A stretch of 64,000 nucleotides of DNA from contig CM052817.1 in the NCBI GenBank assembly GCA_028534125.1, forward strand, positions 98,458,001 to 98,522,000, read 5' to 3'. Origin of the DNA: Lama glama (lineage: Eukaryota). Position numbers and translations under genes: made by a program. The notes under the pieces were generated by a model, which saw only the letters and a list, made by a program, of their open reading frames with translations, was not told where the DNA came from and made no database searches. Positions 50,658-63,510 of the stretch are shown piece by piece (position 1 is the stretch's first letter; every line of letters begins with the position of its first letter).

Positions 50658-52899
50658 GAAGAAGGTTTTCATCACAAATAGGAAACCATTTCTAGGAAGG
50701 AATGGCTCTCATTCTTTGGAGAAGCTGGTATTATTTACTTGTACATCAAGCTTATGCACAAATGACCTAGGAAGGGTCCTAGCTGCCTGTCGAATATGTC
50801 ACTTAACTCTTAACTCTTCTCTGCCTGGGTTCCTTGTGACATGCAAAACAGGGAACAAATGTACTTAATAAGAAAACTTCTACAAATCACTACTTTATCC
50901 TAAGATTTCTATTCTCCCTAAGGTGTCCTCTGGACCAATAAGAGAGTTGGTAGAAGGCAGATGGTAAAAAGAATGTCTTTCTATTGTCTCTAAATCCTTT
51001 ATGTTTTAATAATATTCATATTTGAGATACTATTAATTTATTAAAAGTTAATGAACTTTTGTGACTACTTCAGTTTAGTAAGCCATGTCACTACAGAGGC
51101 AGTGAGTCTCCTGCCTTACTTTGAGTCTCCATCCTGTATCTTTCCATTTCAGAGCTCATCAGATCAGTACAAAAAGAGGAAAAGCACAAAGAAGACAGGT
51201 TTGTGTTTAAGACACTGATCACTCAGATACATAATTCTATTCATTTCCAAATTTTAAGAATTCTGTTTAGATTCTTTAAGAGCGTAGACAAGCAAAAGAA
51301 AATCTGTAACAAGAAATGGGAAAAAACATAGATATCTAAACAGGAAGAAACAAAGAAAAGCAGAGAAGCACTTGCAAAATTCTCTGTATGATAATCTCTA
51401 CAGATGTTATCCCGAATTTGTTCCCTCATTTAGAAATTTCTCAATTAGAGCCTGTTTTTATACCTGGAGGAAGATTAGCACATTTCAAGTTTCAAAGCTT
51501 CAAAAATCAAATTATTTTTTAACACCAAATTCAATTTAATTTTCCACTTCATTAAAAAAAAACTCTAGTTTCCACGTTTCTCATAAATTGTAATGGAACC
51601 TGGTCTTAAGTTCCTCCAAATAATTTTGTGGGAATGAGTAAAAAACATTATTAGTATGTTTGTTAAATATCCTATGTATACTTAACATCATTAAAATATA
51701 AAATAAGAAGAGATTTTATAGACATTGCTGATCAAAAAACTGGGAAGCTGTCACCACTCTGGGCAAAAAAAATTAACATAATACTAGATCACTTTTCCTT
51801 ATAGTTTTCTCCAGCGCTTTCTAGTCACATAGTTATTTTAGAGTATTATTAAAATTCATTATGCCTTCATTTTATATTTAAAGGAAAAGATTTGTGATCT
51901 GGAGACCAAAGGATACACACACACATACACACAGAGAGACACATCTACTCCTTACCAAATTGGCTAAAAACAATCCAATATCCCCTAAATATATCTGTAT
52001 GACATGAAAATCATGAAATCTTACTCAGTTTAATTAAAGTCTGTTTTCAAATTTAACTAACTCAAATTAGACCCAAGTATTTTTTGTTCCCAAGGGAATG
52101 CTTAAGTAGGTGAATACCATAGAATATATGGTAACTATAAACTAATACTTAATATACACTACAAAAACTGATTTTACATGTGATTTCTAATTATCAAGAT
52201 TCATAAATTGCTGGCAGCACGACAAAAGAAACTGGTTAAGCAGTACTACAGAATATATCTATATACTCAAAAAGGAAATCATTTCATATTTTTTCCGGTT
52301 TTGCTCTGTTAAGAAAAATATGGGCATGTGTTATATACAAGTACAGGGAACATATTTACTGAAGATATTTGATAGTATAACTGTTATAGCGTATTTTTTA
52401 AGTTGATATCCTTGAATCAAATTCAAGGAATGTTCAACCTGTCCTCACATAAGATGTTCCGCTTACAAAAGGTAATGCAACCAAATTTGTCAGTGCAATA
52501 TGAGCATAAGGTACACAGACCACACACATAGGACTCACTTTCTAATCTCACAAACTTTAATCAAGTTCTGGAATTAATGTGACTGATATCTTAGATCATG
52601 CTTCCATTCACACTGAAGTGAATATTGGGAATATGTTTTAAAAAACAGATCCAAGTCACAGACTTACTATTTATTTTTTGAGATAAGAACTTGGAGAAAT
52701 GAATTGCAATTTTAATTCAAATATAAACTCTAAGATCAGCACTTCACAGCTGTCTGGTGGGACCCATGCAAACATTCCTAGTAAAATGTCTCTGACTTCA
52801 ACAGAGACTACAATAGGATTTTCAGGAGGACCACTGTCCTCCAAGTGCTCTTGATAAGACCTTCACTCCTGTCTCACCCTCCTATCTCTAAAACCTTAG

Positions 52900-54330
52900 C
52901 CTTGTGACTACAAACTATTAAAGAGAATGATCCCCCAAAAGAGACAGACTAGAATGAATCACCCACCCTCTCTGAGAGACCCTCAGAACTAGTCTTCTTG
53001 CTCTCTTTGCTATTAACTTTATCTCCACAGACCCTTAATCTCTCCTCCTTCCTTGAATCACCTCCCCCAAATCTTCCCTATGCCCTAAGAAACCCCAGAT
53101 TTTCATCTGCTGAATTGATATCCTAGCTACGTTCTCTATATGTTCCCCCAATCTTCTGGTTCTACAACCCTTATTTTCCTAAAGACACAGCTTCTTCAGC
53201 TGCTCTCTCAAGGGGTTATTATTCTTTTCTTACCATCTTTCCACACTCTAGGGCTAGAGATAAAGTCAACTTCTTCCTTGATCTTTATTGAGACTTCCAA
53301 CTAATTCTCTTTTCTCTCAAAAAAAGGGAGGGAAGATTTTATTTTTCACAGCAAACTATCTTTTCCCACTTTCCTAGATTTTTATTATTTCACCCTTCTC
53401 TTTGCCCCGCAAAACTCCAATATTTCCCATCCCATCCTCAAGTGAAGACCTCACTTCTAATTACATTGAAAAAATAGAAGCAGTCCCACCACCTAATCTA
53501 CCTGTTGGCCTATGTTTGTGCCCATGACCTTGCCTTACAACGGCAATGGATGAGCTTTCCTTGCTCCTCCTGTCAAAGGCCTTCCTCCTCGACTGAAATA
53601 TAAGTAGCAGATTTCACACTTCCCTGATTTCCCTCCAAGCTGTTCATTTACCACTTCCTTTGCTGGGTACTCCTCCTCTTGCCCTCTAAATGTTGAAAAC
53701 CCCCAGGACTTATTAGTCCTTGGATTTTTTTTCTCTATCTACATTTACTTCTTGGATGATCTTAGACAAGTTTATGATTTTAAGTAAAATCTATACCTCT
53801 GTTTTCCAATACAGCAGACACTCACCAACAGTAGCTACTGAGCATTTGAAATGTGGCTAGTCCAATTTCTACAATACACACTGGATTTTGGAGACTTAGG
53901 ATAAAAAAAATGTAAAATATCTTTTTAATAATTTTTATATTGACTATTAAAATGATAATATCTTCTATATAGTAAATAAATCTACTATTAAAATTAATTT
54001 TGCCTGCTTCTTTTTACTTTTTTAATGTGGCCACTAGGAAATTTTCCATTACAACATTTGTAGCTCTTATTATATTAATACTGGACACTGATCTATATGT
54101 TAATGTCCCCAGCCTTTCTTATGAGCCCACACTTATATAACAGAGTACCTGTAAGACATTTTCATGTATATATGTAATAAGCACCTCAACATCTCAGGAA
54201 GTGGTAATTCTTACCTTCCAGTTCACCAAGCATAAACCCTAAGAATTACCCTTTCTTCACTCTTCCTTTCTCTCACGCTCCACATCCAATCTTTCAGCAA
54301 ATACTGACAACTTGCTACCAAAATATTTTA
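52900..54330 (+). mobile_element. L2 fragments interrupted by MER33
   Basis: cctctaaatgttgaaaacccccaggact..tctatctaca..cacatccaatc..agcaaatactg. Confidence 0.6.
53797..54090 (-). mobile_element. MER33, near full length, with 8-bp hAT TSD
   Basis: TSD atctatac (53789-53796) / atctatat (54091-54098); gagcatttgaaatgtggctagtcc..aatgtggccactaggaaa..tggacactg. Confidence 0.88.
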
Positions 54331-54334
54331 AGGA

Positions 54335-54700
54335 AGTATTTTAAGGAAGTGAGCTTAGGGAACAGGAAATAAATGATGGAGAAAAACACAAAAAAGGAGA
54401 ACAAATGTAAGAATCCTTTTTGAGTTGACTATCACTACAAGAAACTAGTTGCTTAACTGCTTGGGACCTTCTGAGAAGCTTTATAGAATGTAACTGAGAC
54501 CCTCCTGCCCAGGGAAAGAAAGGAGGAAACATTTATCCACCAGTCCTTTTCCTCCCTTTCTGGCTGTTCACATGTCAGGGCTGAGCCCATTCCTGTGGGT
54601 GTCCCAAGCCAGGAAGGAGTTGGGGAAGCCTGGAGCAGGAACCTCACTAAAGCAAGGGCTGGAGTAAGAAGTGAGCCAAGAGGATCTCAAGCTGTAAGAA
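54335..54700 (-). mobile_element. LTR16-family (ERVL) LTR
   Basis: gggaccttctgagaagc..tagaatg..aacatttatccaccag. Confidence 0.55.
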
Positions 54701-54894
54701 TGGTGTTTGTCAAAATGCTCCAAAGAGCAGATTGGGCATATCTCCCAACTCCCATAATCAGTGATGCCACATCGGTTGCTTGAAATTGGCTACGTTAGAG
54801 TATTTACACTATGGAAATTGGCAAAAGCTCTAAATCAGGCTTCCTCCTTCTTCTCACCATAGCCAGTTGTTAAACGTTTCCTAGCCCAGTACTG
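54700..54894 (+). mobile_element. MER63A
   Basis: tctcccaactcc..tcagtgatg..gcttgaaattggc..gagtatttacactatggaaattggcaaa..agccagttgttaaac. Confidence 0.75.
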
Positions 54895-55439
54895 ACTACA
54901 AGGTTCTGTTTATCAGACAGCTGCAGCTCACCCCTCTCCAGCTCCTTTTCCCAACTGCAGCCACGTTTGTTCTTTTTGCATTTCTTTGAAAGCAATTCTG
55001 TGTTTCCTTCACTTGGGACACTGCAAATAGTTTTCCCATGGCCTAGAACTCCAAGCAGGAATTACTCCTTGTCTGAGAAATTTTTTTCATTTTTCATATC
55101 TTAGCTCAAATGAAATTTCCTCTAGGAAGACTTTGCTGACTCTAGACCAAATCCAATTCATATGTCAAACACTCTTAATCTGTATATAAGTGATGATTTA
55201 ATTAATATCTGTTCCTCCAGCTAGACTGCAAGTTCCATGAGAGAGCAAGTCACAATCAGTTTTTCTCATTCCTGTATTCCCCACACCGAGTTTTGTATAT
55301 TTACTCAATCAATAGATTGATACTAAAAGCACTTTTACCACTCTCTCATGAATGAAACTGCAATTGTTTTAAGAATGTTGAAAAAGAGTCCTCATACTTG
55401 AAAATGTGGGGAGCCCTGTGGGGAGGACAACATAAGACA

Positions 55440-56780
55440 TTTTTATGGATGTGCTTCACTTCTGGCTATAATCCACTGAGCTAAATCTTGGTCATATGGC
55501 TCCACCTAACTGCAAGGGACATAAGGAATGATTTTAGCCAAATACCCAGGAAAAGAAGGATATAATAAGTCTGATGAGCATCTAGCAAGTGTCCGCCACA
55601 GTCTGCCCTTTTGAACATCAAATATCCACTCATTCTTATACCCTGACAGGACACAAAGGAGATAACCCAAAGTTCCACCAAGGCACTGCATCAAGCTCAG
55701 AGCTCAGGATCTCTAGTTATTTGTAATCTTCTCCATCAGGTCCCAATGTGATTCCTCTGGTCTAGTAATAATGTGCACCAAATTCGCAAATTATTTCCAA
55801 TTTCCCCCCAAAACACACAACATCCAGTAGTGGAGCACATATAGGATAACCTCAATAAAAACTCCACTCGCAAAAGGGAAGATGTGTAGTAATCACTAGG
55901 CCACAGAAGTTATAGAATTCTGCTGGAGAGTCACTGAGCAGTCTTCTCAGCTGGAGGTGGGGAAGTTCTCTGAGTAGAAAAGGATTCAGTTCTGAGAGGC
56001 ACTCCCTTGTTCATTTTTCTACTGGTCCCTAGATCCACTCTGGGAAGGGTTTTCCTGCTCCTTGGCCACATCTTGCTATTATCCTCCTTGAAGATTGCAC
56101 AGCCCTTCTGATCCACTTCCAGATGAAGACAGGTTATTTTACTTTTGAACATTCAATTAAATCAAGGTTCATGGCTTCTTTGGCAATGAAACTCTTTAAA
56201 ATATTTGGTAGATATTTTAATCTATTTTCTTCCAATTCTACATGCCAATAACCACAAAGTTCTTTTTTAATACATAGTTTTAACATCTCCTTTGTATCTT
56301 CACTTCTCTACCCCCTGCCTTAGTTTCTCAACTTCATAATAAGTATTTTTAGGTTATGTGAAACAATGGGCTGGGTTGGGGAAAACATATCTTTAATCTG
56401 ATTGTTGCTACAATGATAAGTCTTGGCAGATATCTGCCCAAAACCAAGGACCCAAATACTTGGTACTTCTCTATGCTCTTTCATTTCTACTTGCAAACCA
56501 GCCAATACTTTTCTTAGTTCATCTTTTTTTTATAATAACTTCCCAAAGGCAGCCAAAACCACCAACATATTTTTAATAATGCTGTTTTCCAACTTCTTCA
56601 CCTTGAGCTACCAAGCTCAGTAGGTACGTGGTCTAGATTCCAGAGGTTATTGCCAGTGGATTCATGGTTATTGCCAGTGGCAGTCTGATCATTACATAAG
56701 ATGCATCTCCAACCCTTCGATGCGCTGCATCTGTTACCATGCTGCCACTTAGTACCACTAAGCCAATGAATCCCACAGGC
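55440..56780 (-). mobile_element. MLT1(J-like) MaLR: internal sequence (55601-56780) joined to a partial 3' LTR (55440-55600)
   Basis: The minus strand reads PPT-like caaaagggcagac directly followed by the LTR start tgtggcggacacttgctagatgctcatc. Confidence 0.65.
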
Positions 56781-56819
56781 CTTCCCTCTGTCTTATGTTC
56801 TACCTTATTGTTGACAAAA

Positions 56820-58625
56820 TGTAGATAACGCTACTTCTCAAATATCTCTAAAATCTCTCCTCACAGTTCTATCCTCATGGCCACTACCTCAATTCAATTC
56901 ATTCTTTCTCCCATGAATTACTATCTCCTCATTGGTCTCTGTGCCTCCAAAACTAATCATACCTCATCTCTGCTGCCAGTAAATGTTTTAAAATGCAAAT
57001 TTTATCACTGCAACTTTTCCCTAAAACATCTGGATTACTTTTAGGTTCAAATTCAATGTTCTTCAACTTCTAGTCTCATCTCTAATTACTTTCCAATCCT
57101 CATGTTTCAGTTTTGTAAAAAGCATTTCAGTTCCCTCAAGTGTAATGTAATCACTTTCTCAGATATCCATTATCATGTAGATGCCAGATTCTCTAACCAG
57201 ACAGGACTTTTCTTCTTTCTTGAGTTAACAATTATTCATCCTTCAAAATTTTTCAGACTTTAAATCTGGGAATCCTGCCCTATTCCTAATCCTGAATTAG
57301 GTATCTTTCCAATTGATTCCGAAACAGTAGACCTTGTTTTTTATTACAGTCACACTATACTGTAATTATCTATCCTCCTTCATCCAACTACACATAAATG
57401 ATACATATCAAATTTGAACTTCATAAGGGCAAGTAGTATATCTTTTATCTCTATATATCTCACATACTAAATAAATGTTGGTTGAACACATACATGAGCC
57501 CCACAATTTTAGTTTGTTACTGACCCCCAAAATCAGTCTTCAGTCTTCACCCATCTCTCTCCTAAATGCTATTTTCAACTTCCTAATGGTTATCTCCATA
57601 TGTATGTCTACCTAACAGGTCTAAAACTATATTTATCATCTTTCCCACCTCTTTTTTCACTGTCCTAAATCTGCTTCTCCCTCTGAATTCCTATCTCAGC
57701 TTAATGGTGTCTGTCTAATTTTCCAGTCTAGAGACTTGAATATCTTTCTTTAGGAATTCTCTGGTCAAAGGAATTGATGACAGCCAGGTTAAAAACATTA
57801 AACAGATTTCTTTTTGTAGTATTTCTTAGAGCTTTCAATATATGAATCTCCAAGAAGTAAATACATTTTTTCAAACTTATCTAACCAAAGAACCCTTGTA
57901 TCAAGGTGAATCACTGAGGACAAGTGTTCTCAAAACTACGCTTTGAGAAATGCTGCTGTAACACCCCACCCCCACACTTCATGCTTCACCACTGCCCTCC
58001 TTTAGGCCCCTGCCATCTCCTTACATGGACCTTCTCTTTCCTGGGCAGCCTCCTCTCTTATTTCTCTGCCACCATTCTCTCCAAAGCCTCTATGTCAGTT
58101 TTATTTTTTTCTAACAAAAAGATCTGATCATACCTCAACCCTTCCCATCCCCAACTTTAAAATCACCATTGGCTTTCCATCATACATAGGTTCAATTCAT
58201 AGGCCTGCTATTATATTGGCATCCTAATATACCCTCACCCATCTTCTCAATTTCATTTCTTACCATATCTCTCCTTTCGCACAACATATTACTTTCTTTT
58301 TTGTCCTTTAGAGCTTTAATATTTTTCTCCCACTGTTCAAAATGGCCTCTCCTGTTTCCACCTACCTTTAACAAATTTCTGCTAACACTGATTTCTAATG
58401 AGATCTCGTCTGAGAAATTCTCATTCCAGTATCTGGTCGGTTACTCCTCAGTGTCTCCATAATGCTTTGTACTTACACTATTACAGCAGTTGTCATGCTA
58501 TATGATAAAGGAATTACCCCACTATTACTCTCTGAACCTTTCAAGCTTTGTTTCTCCAACTCCTAACATAGAGCTTACTACAGAGAAGATACTCATTGAA
58601 TGAAAAAAATTCAAATGAATGACTA
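56820..58625 (+). mobile_element. L2 fragments (two 3' ends) with a hAT-Charlie MITE remnant at about 57780-57960
   Basis: 3' tails aataaatgttggttgaa (57470) and tgaatgactaa (58616); MITE end ctttgagaaatgctg. Confidence 0.55.
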
Positions 58626-59238
58626 ACTATATAATGAGCAAAAATGAAGAAAAATATAGATGAAGTTATGAAAGCTTATATAACTAGAAATGTATTTTAA
58701 AAGGTCATTTATTCTAGCCAGGAAAAAAATTAAATTAGTCTCAGGAAAACAGTATCACTTCCCTTAAATAGACCTCTAGGTTCAACCTTACCAGGTTCCT
58801 GAGAGAGGATAAAACTTTACCACAATTTGTCTTAAAGGCAAACTCTATAGCTCCCAAAAATCCTTTTAGGGCTTTGAGGGAACACACAATAGTGACCTAC
58901 CTTCCCACCCCGCTCAACAGAATTCAGGGCCATAAATCTCTGATTGCTCTCCTAACAGTGGACTAAACAGTCTCTGACAGAAGGAACAGCACTCTGTTGG
59001 AAGACGTGGCTAAGCAATTTTCCTCCTCTGCACTCCTCCTGCCCATTAAGATGCTCTCTTCTCAATTCCTGGCGGCCCCCAGAGGTTAGCAGCATTTGTA
59101 ATCATGCCTCCCTACCTTTCATTGCTAACATTTAAAGTGTGGAGTTTGTTTGAACATGGAAATTCCATTTAAGCATACCATAAGCAAATAGTTTTGCCTG
59201 TTGGTTTGCTGAACTACTTCGCTCCACCAAAACCTTAC

Positions 59239-59506
59239 CTGTCACAATTAGATCTACAGCCTCCTTGCATTTTTGTTTTACTTTAAAAATGTGTGGCTCC
59301 TTGAAAGAAGTTTGTTGTGGAGGCTCCTCAGAAGGCCCACTTCTGGAATAGTCTTTGGCAAAACAAATCCTTTTGTGCACTACCTGAAGTTCTTGGACCA
59401 CATCGAGTGTTTCCTTTTTTTTAATCTCCAAAGGTATGAATTTGCTAGATTTCAGTTGTTGATGTTTATTTCTAAAAACACTTATAGAAGTACCTTGAAC
59501 TTTACT
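59239..59506 (-). CDS. IQCM: IQCM internal coding exon (268 nt): SKVQGTSISVFRNKHQQLKSSKFIPLEIKKKETLDVVQE...SFKEPHIFKVKQKCKEAVDLIVT
   Basis: Acceptor tttttgttttgtttatAG|agt and donor ACAG|gtaagg. 89 open codons plus 1 nt; the phase-0 start fits the previous exon. Overlaps ORF 59132..59431. Confidence 0.93.
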
Positions 59507-61295
59507 CTATAAACAAAACAAAAATAAATTTTAATATTAATTATATAATAAAATTTTGTAATACATTTTATTCATAAGTTAATAAAATTATATTCACAAA
59601 TAAATTTCCAAAGTACCTTATTATATCAGACATTTACTTAAAGCACATGATAGTAATCAAATAAATTAGCTGTTATCCTTTATAGTTCTCCAAAAACTCT
59701 TAACAAGCATGAGTGCTACATTCAACTTACAAAAATGTAAATTTTAAAATCATAATTTTTTCCTTAAATGTGATATTTTCAAATACAGCTTCTTAACATC
59801 CATTTCAAAGCAGAAGTTTTCACATAAACGTAGGATAATTTAATTATTTTTAACCATCTTTGAAGACTCTTCAAATGTCCAAAAAATGCTAACACTCCCA
59901 AAACTCTCAGTTGAACCAGAAATAACTGCTCATACATGGAGATAGGTTAAGAAAAGCATATTAGTAATCAGATATGTATTTCAGATCCTTTTTCCCACTT
60001 AACTACTTACTAATTTTGACCACTTTAAGTGATGAAAAAATATATAGTCCCAAGTCTCTGACAGACAATTATCCAAACAATTATAATTGTTCTAGTCTGG
60101 TAATTCTCTGGCCCACAGATAGAGAGCTACTGCTCCCTGCCTCCCAGAAAAGGTTTAGACAAATTCAAAACTGTAGAAAACTCAAGATGCCAATAAGGAG
60201 GTTTTACTTGCTAATATTACATTTTGCCAAGTAACCAAAGATGGAATATTACGGTGTTATTATTAGGTGACATTCTAAAAATAGGTCAAGGTTCTAAGGC
60301 ATAGCTTGCTAACTCTGAACAAACTGTGGAGTTTTCATTTCACATGTCTCCCAGTGAAATTAATATAATGTAAAAGTACTTTTCATTGATTAGAAGGAAA
60401 AATTAGTTAACCAATGTTAACAACGTTGATTACAAGATTAAAACCATCTATGACCAGCCTAAGCATAAAGGACCATGCAAAAGAAACACATGTAAAACTT
60501 ATAAGCCTCTTCCCCACCACAGTAAGCTTTGAAAAATATTTAAAATCTTTATTTATAATTATATTTTAAAAACATATTCAAAAGGTAATACGGTAGTGTG
60601 GCACACAGTAAACCATCCTAAGATCCCCTTCCCTCACCTGTCCCCTAAAGGACCATTTGTCACAATAACAGCTGCTCCCCAAATCTCCCATCTCCTCTGT
60701 AGATGTGTTCCCCCAAAATCTCACCCTGTACCCCCTCTCCTGTCTCTTTACCACCCCTTTCCCTTTCATTCCTTCTCACCTTCCAAATCTACACCATTCA
60801 GCAAATGTTTATTGAGCCAGACCCAAAGCTCACTGATGGAGATACACGATTCCAAAAAGATAGTCACTGCCCTTAAGGAGCTATCAGATTGGTGAACAGT
60901 TCTAACACAAAGTGATATGGAAGAAGACAAAGGTAAGCAGGTTATGCTGGTGACATAGGAGAGACACATCTTACAGCATATTTTCTAGTTTAGCTTTGTC
61001 CAACTGTGTTTAAAGAGAGACATTTACTTGAGGTATTTCATCAACAGAAAACATTAAAAATTAAATTAAATGTGCAAATTTAAAATATATGCAATTAAAT
61101 AATCTGCAGAGCTGAAAAATCTTATTTTTAAATGCAATCTGAAATCGATTTTTATATCTAGTAAGGATTTCATTTTCTCTTCTATTCAGAATCTATCAGA
61201 GTGCATGCAATCATCTGGAACAATCATTGTAGTATATAAAAATTGTGACTAGATTCCTGAAAAATAATAATGCTAGATAAATGCAAAGCACTAAC

Positions 61296-61378
61296 CTCAT
61301 TTATTTTCTCATAATGTTGGGCAATAAGAGTTTTTGCTTCTTGAAAAAAATCTTGCTTGGGAATCTCTAATATAGGAC
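61296..61378 (-). CDS. IQCM: IQCM internal coding exon (83 nt): xPILEIPKQDFFQEAKTLIAQHYEKINE
   Basis: Acceptor tgtttctgtgtttctgttttAG|gt and donor GAG|gttagt. Embedded in ORF 61224..61490. KQDFFQEAKTLIAQHYEKINE is identical to the recalled human IQCM sequence. Confidence 0.93.
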
Positions 61379-62253
61379 CTAAAACAGAAACACAGAAACA
61401 TTTTTTTTTAATGTAGTTAATGTACTTTTTAATGAAAAGTGGCAAAACTACAAAATTAATATTTGGAGAGTTATGAATCTTGCAGGACATTATAAAAAGA
61501 GAATTTTATAAGTGGACATTATAAATGGATGCAAAATAAGTTAATTTTCCTGTATTGTAATATTTTACTTTAAAAAATACAGCTTAGTCAGAGTTAAGTA
61601 GAGTATCCTAAACTATTAAAGTCCAGTGAAACCAAAGAAAACATAAAACTGAAATCTCCTTTAGTTCTGAAAGTTCTTCCAGAAGACACAACATTATGTA
61701 GACGCAAAAATTGTTGATAAATCTGTGTTGTCTATACCTGATGACTAATTAATATAGCTGTACATTTCTTCAAGGGTATTTACCTTACAACTTGTTGATA
61801 AAATTATCATTGTAAAATAAAACTCAAAAGGTTTATTAAGTAGAAACATCATTGAAATAAAAAATACACATACCTACAAATGGATAACATTATAATGATA
61901 ACTCTTCTCATTTAAATTTTCTAAGATTCTTAATTTATTCAATTTACTGACAGCTATGTATAGAATTCCATAGCATGTACATAGAATGTATCATCTCCAT
62001 TTAGTCTTGTCTAAGATTTCCTTCTTATACGTTTCCTTTATTAGATGATTCTGACATTTATGTGTTTCTTGACTTCCTTCTCTTAACCTGGACTCGGTAA
62101 AATTTAAATATATTGCTTTCTCAAATTGGCTTTTCTGTCTAGTCAGTGTGCTCCTCATTTCTATGACTATGCCTCCTTTAGAACTCTTAGGTTCAAGATT
62201 TTCTCTCTCTTCTTCTCACCCACTTAATTTTAAGCAATTAAAAACTCTACCTT

Positions 62254-63510
62254 CATGCTAATCAAAATCACAAAAAGACATTATTTTAGTCTATCTGGGC
62301 GGCTATAACAATATGCCACAGACTGGGTAACTTGTAAATAACAAAAATTTATTTATGTCGGTTCTGGAGGCTGAAATCCAAGATCCGGGTGCCAGCATGG
62401 TAAAGTGGGGGCCCTCTTCCTGGTCACAGATGCCCAGTGGTATCCTCACATGGTGGAAGGGCACAGGAAGGTCTGTGGGCCCTCTTTCATACCAGCACTA
62501 ATCCCATTCACAAGGGCTCCATCCCCATGACCTAATCCCCTTCCAAAGGCCCCACCTCCTAATACCATCACCTTTGGGGGTTATGATCTCAACATCCAAC
62601 TTTTAGTGGGACAGAAGCATTCAGACCATAGCAGATACCACCACATACCCACCAGAATGGCTAAAATGAAAAAGACATAACAATCAACACTGGTGAGCTA
62701 CCGGAGCCCTCAAGTGTCCTTGGTGGAAATGTAAAACAAGATAATCAGTTTGGAAAAGATATAGCAATTTCTTATAAAACCTAATATACACCTACCCTGT
62801 AACTGAGCAATCCCACTCCTAGGTGTTTACCAATGAGAATGGAACATATTATTTACAAAAGACTCATACAAAAATGCTCATAGCAACTTTATTTATAATA
62901 GTTCCAAATTGGAAACAGCCCAGATGGGCATCAACAAGAGATGAGTAAATAAACCATGGTATACTCCTACAATAAAATACTACTCAGCAACAACAACAAC
63001 AAAAGAATCCAACTACTGATATACACAGCATGAATGAATCTCAAAAACATTATGCCAAGTAAGCATAATGACAAAAAAAAATACTGCATGGTTCCAGCTA
63101 TCTGAAATTACAGTGTCAACAAAGCTAATATATAGGAGAAAGAAAGGCCAGAACAGTGATTCTTCATGGATTGACTGAGATGGGACATGAAGGAAATTTC
63201 TGGGTGATGACAGTATTCTATATCTTGATACACAGTAGATTACACAGGCATAGTATCACAACTCAGTGAATGTACACCTAAGATTTCTGCATCTCACTGT
63301 AGTACATTTTACATCAACAGAAGAACTAAAAACAACTACTGAAATCTGACCAAGGGTATGTGTTTACGTGCATGTTGAAGGATGGATATGTGATAAATCA
63401 AATACAATAAAACATTACTGGTAAGCACTGGGTGGTAGGTCTAGGGGTGTTGATTTAAAATCCTTTCAATTTTGCTATATGTTTGAATATTTCATAATGA
63501 AATGCTAGGG
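62254..63510 (+). mobile_element. Old L1MC/MD-type 3' end interrupted by MLT1A
   Basis: ccagaatggctaaaatgaaaaagac..agcaatcccactcctaggt..tgaatgaatctcaaaaacattatg..gaaatttctgggtgatg. Confidence 0.8.
62282..62633 (-). mobile_element. MLT1A0-type MaLR solo LTR
   Basis: gctataacaatatgccacagactggg..ttctggaggctg..cactaatcccattcac..cctcctaataccatcacc..cattcagaccatagca. Confidence 0.9.
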
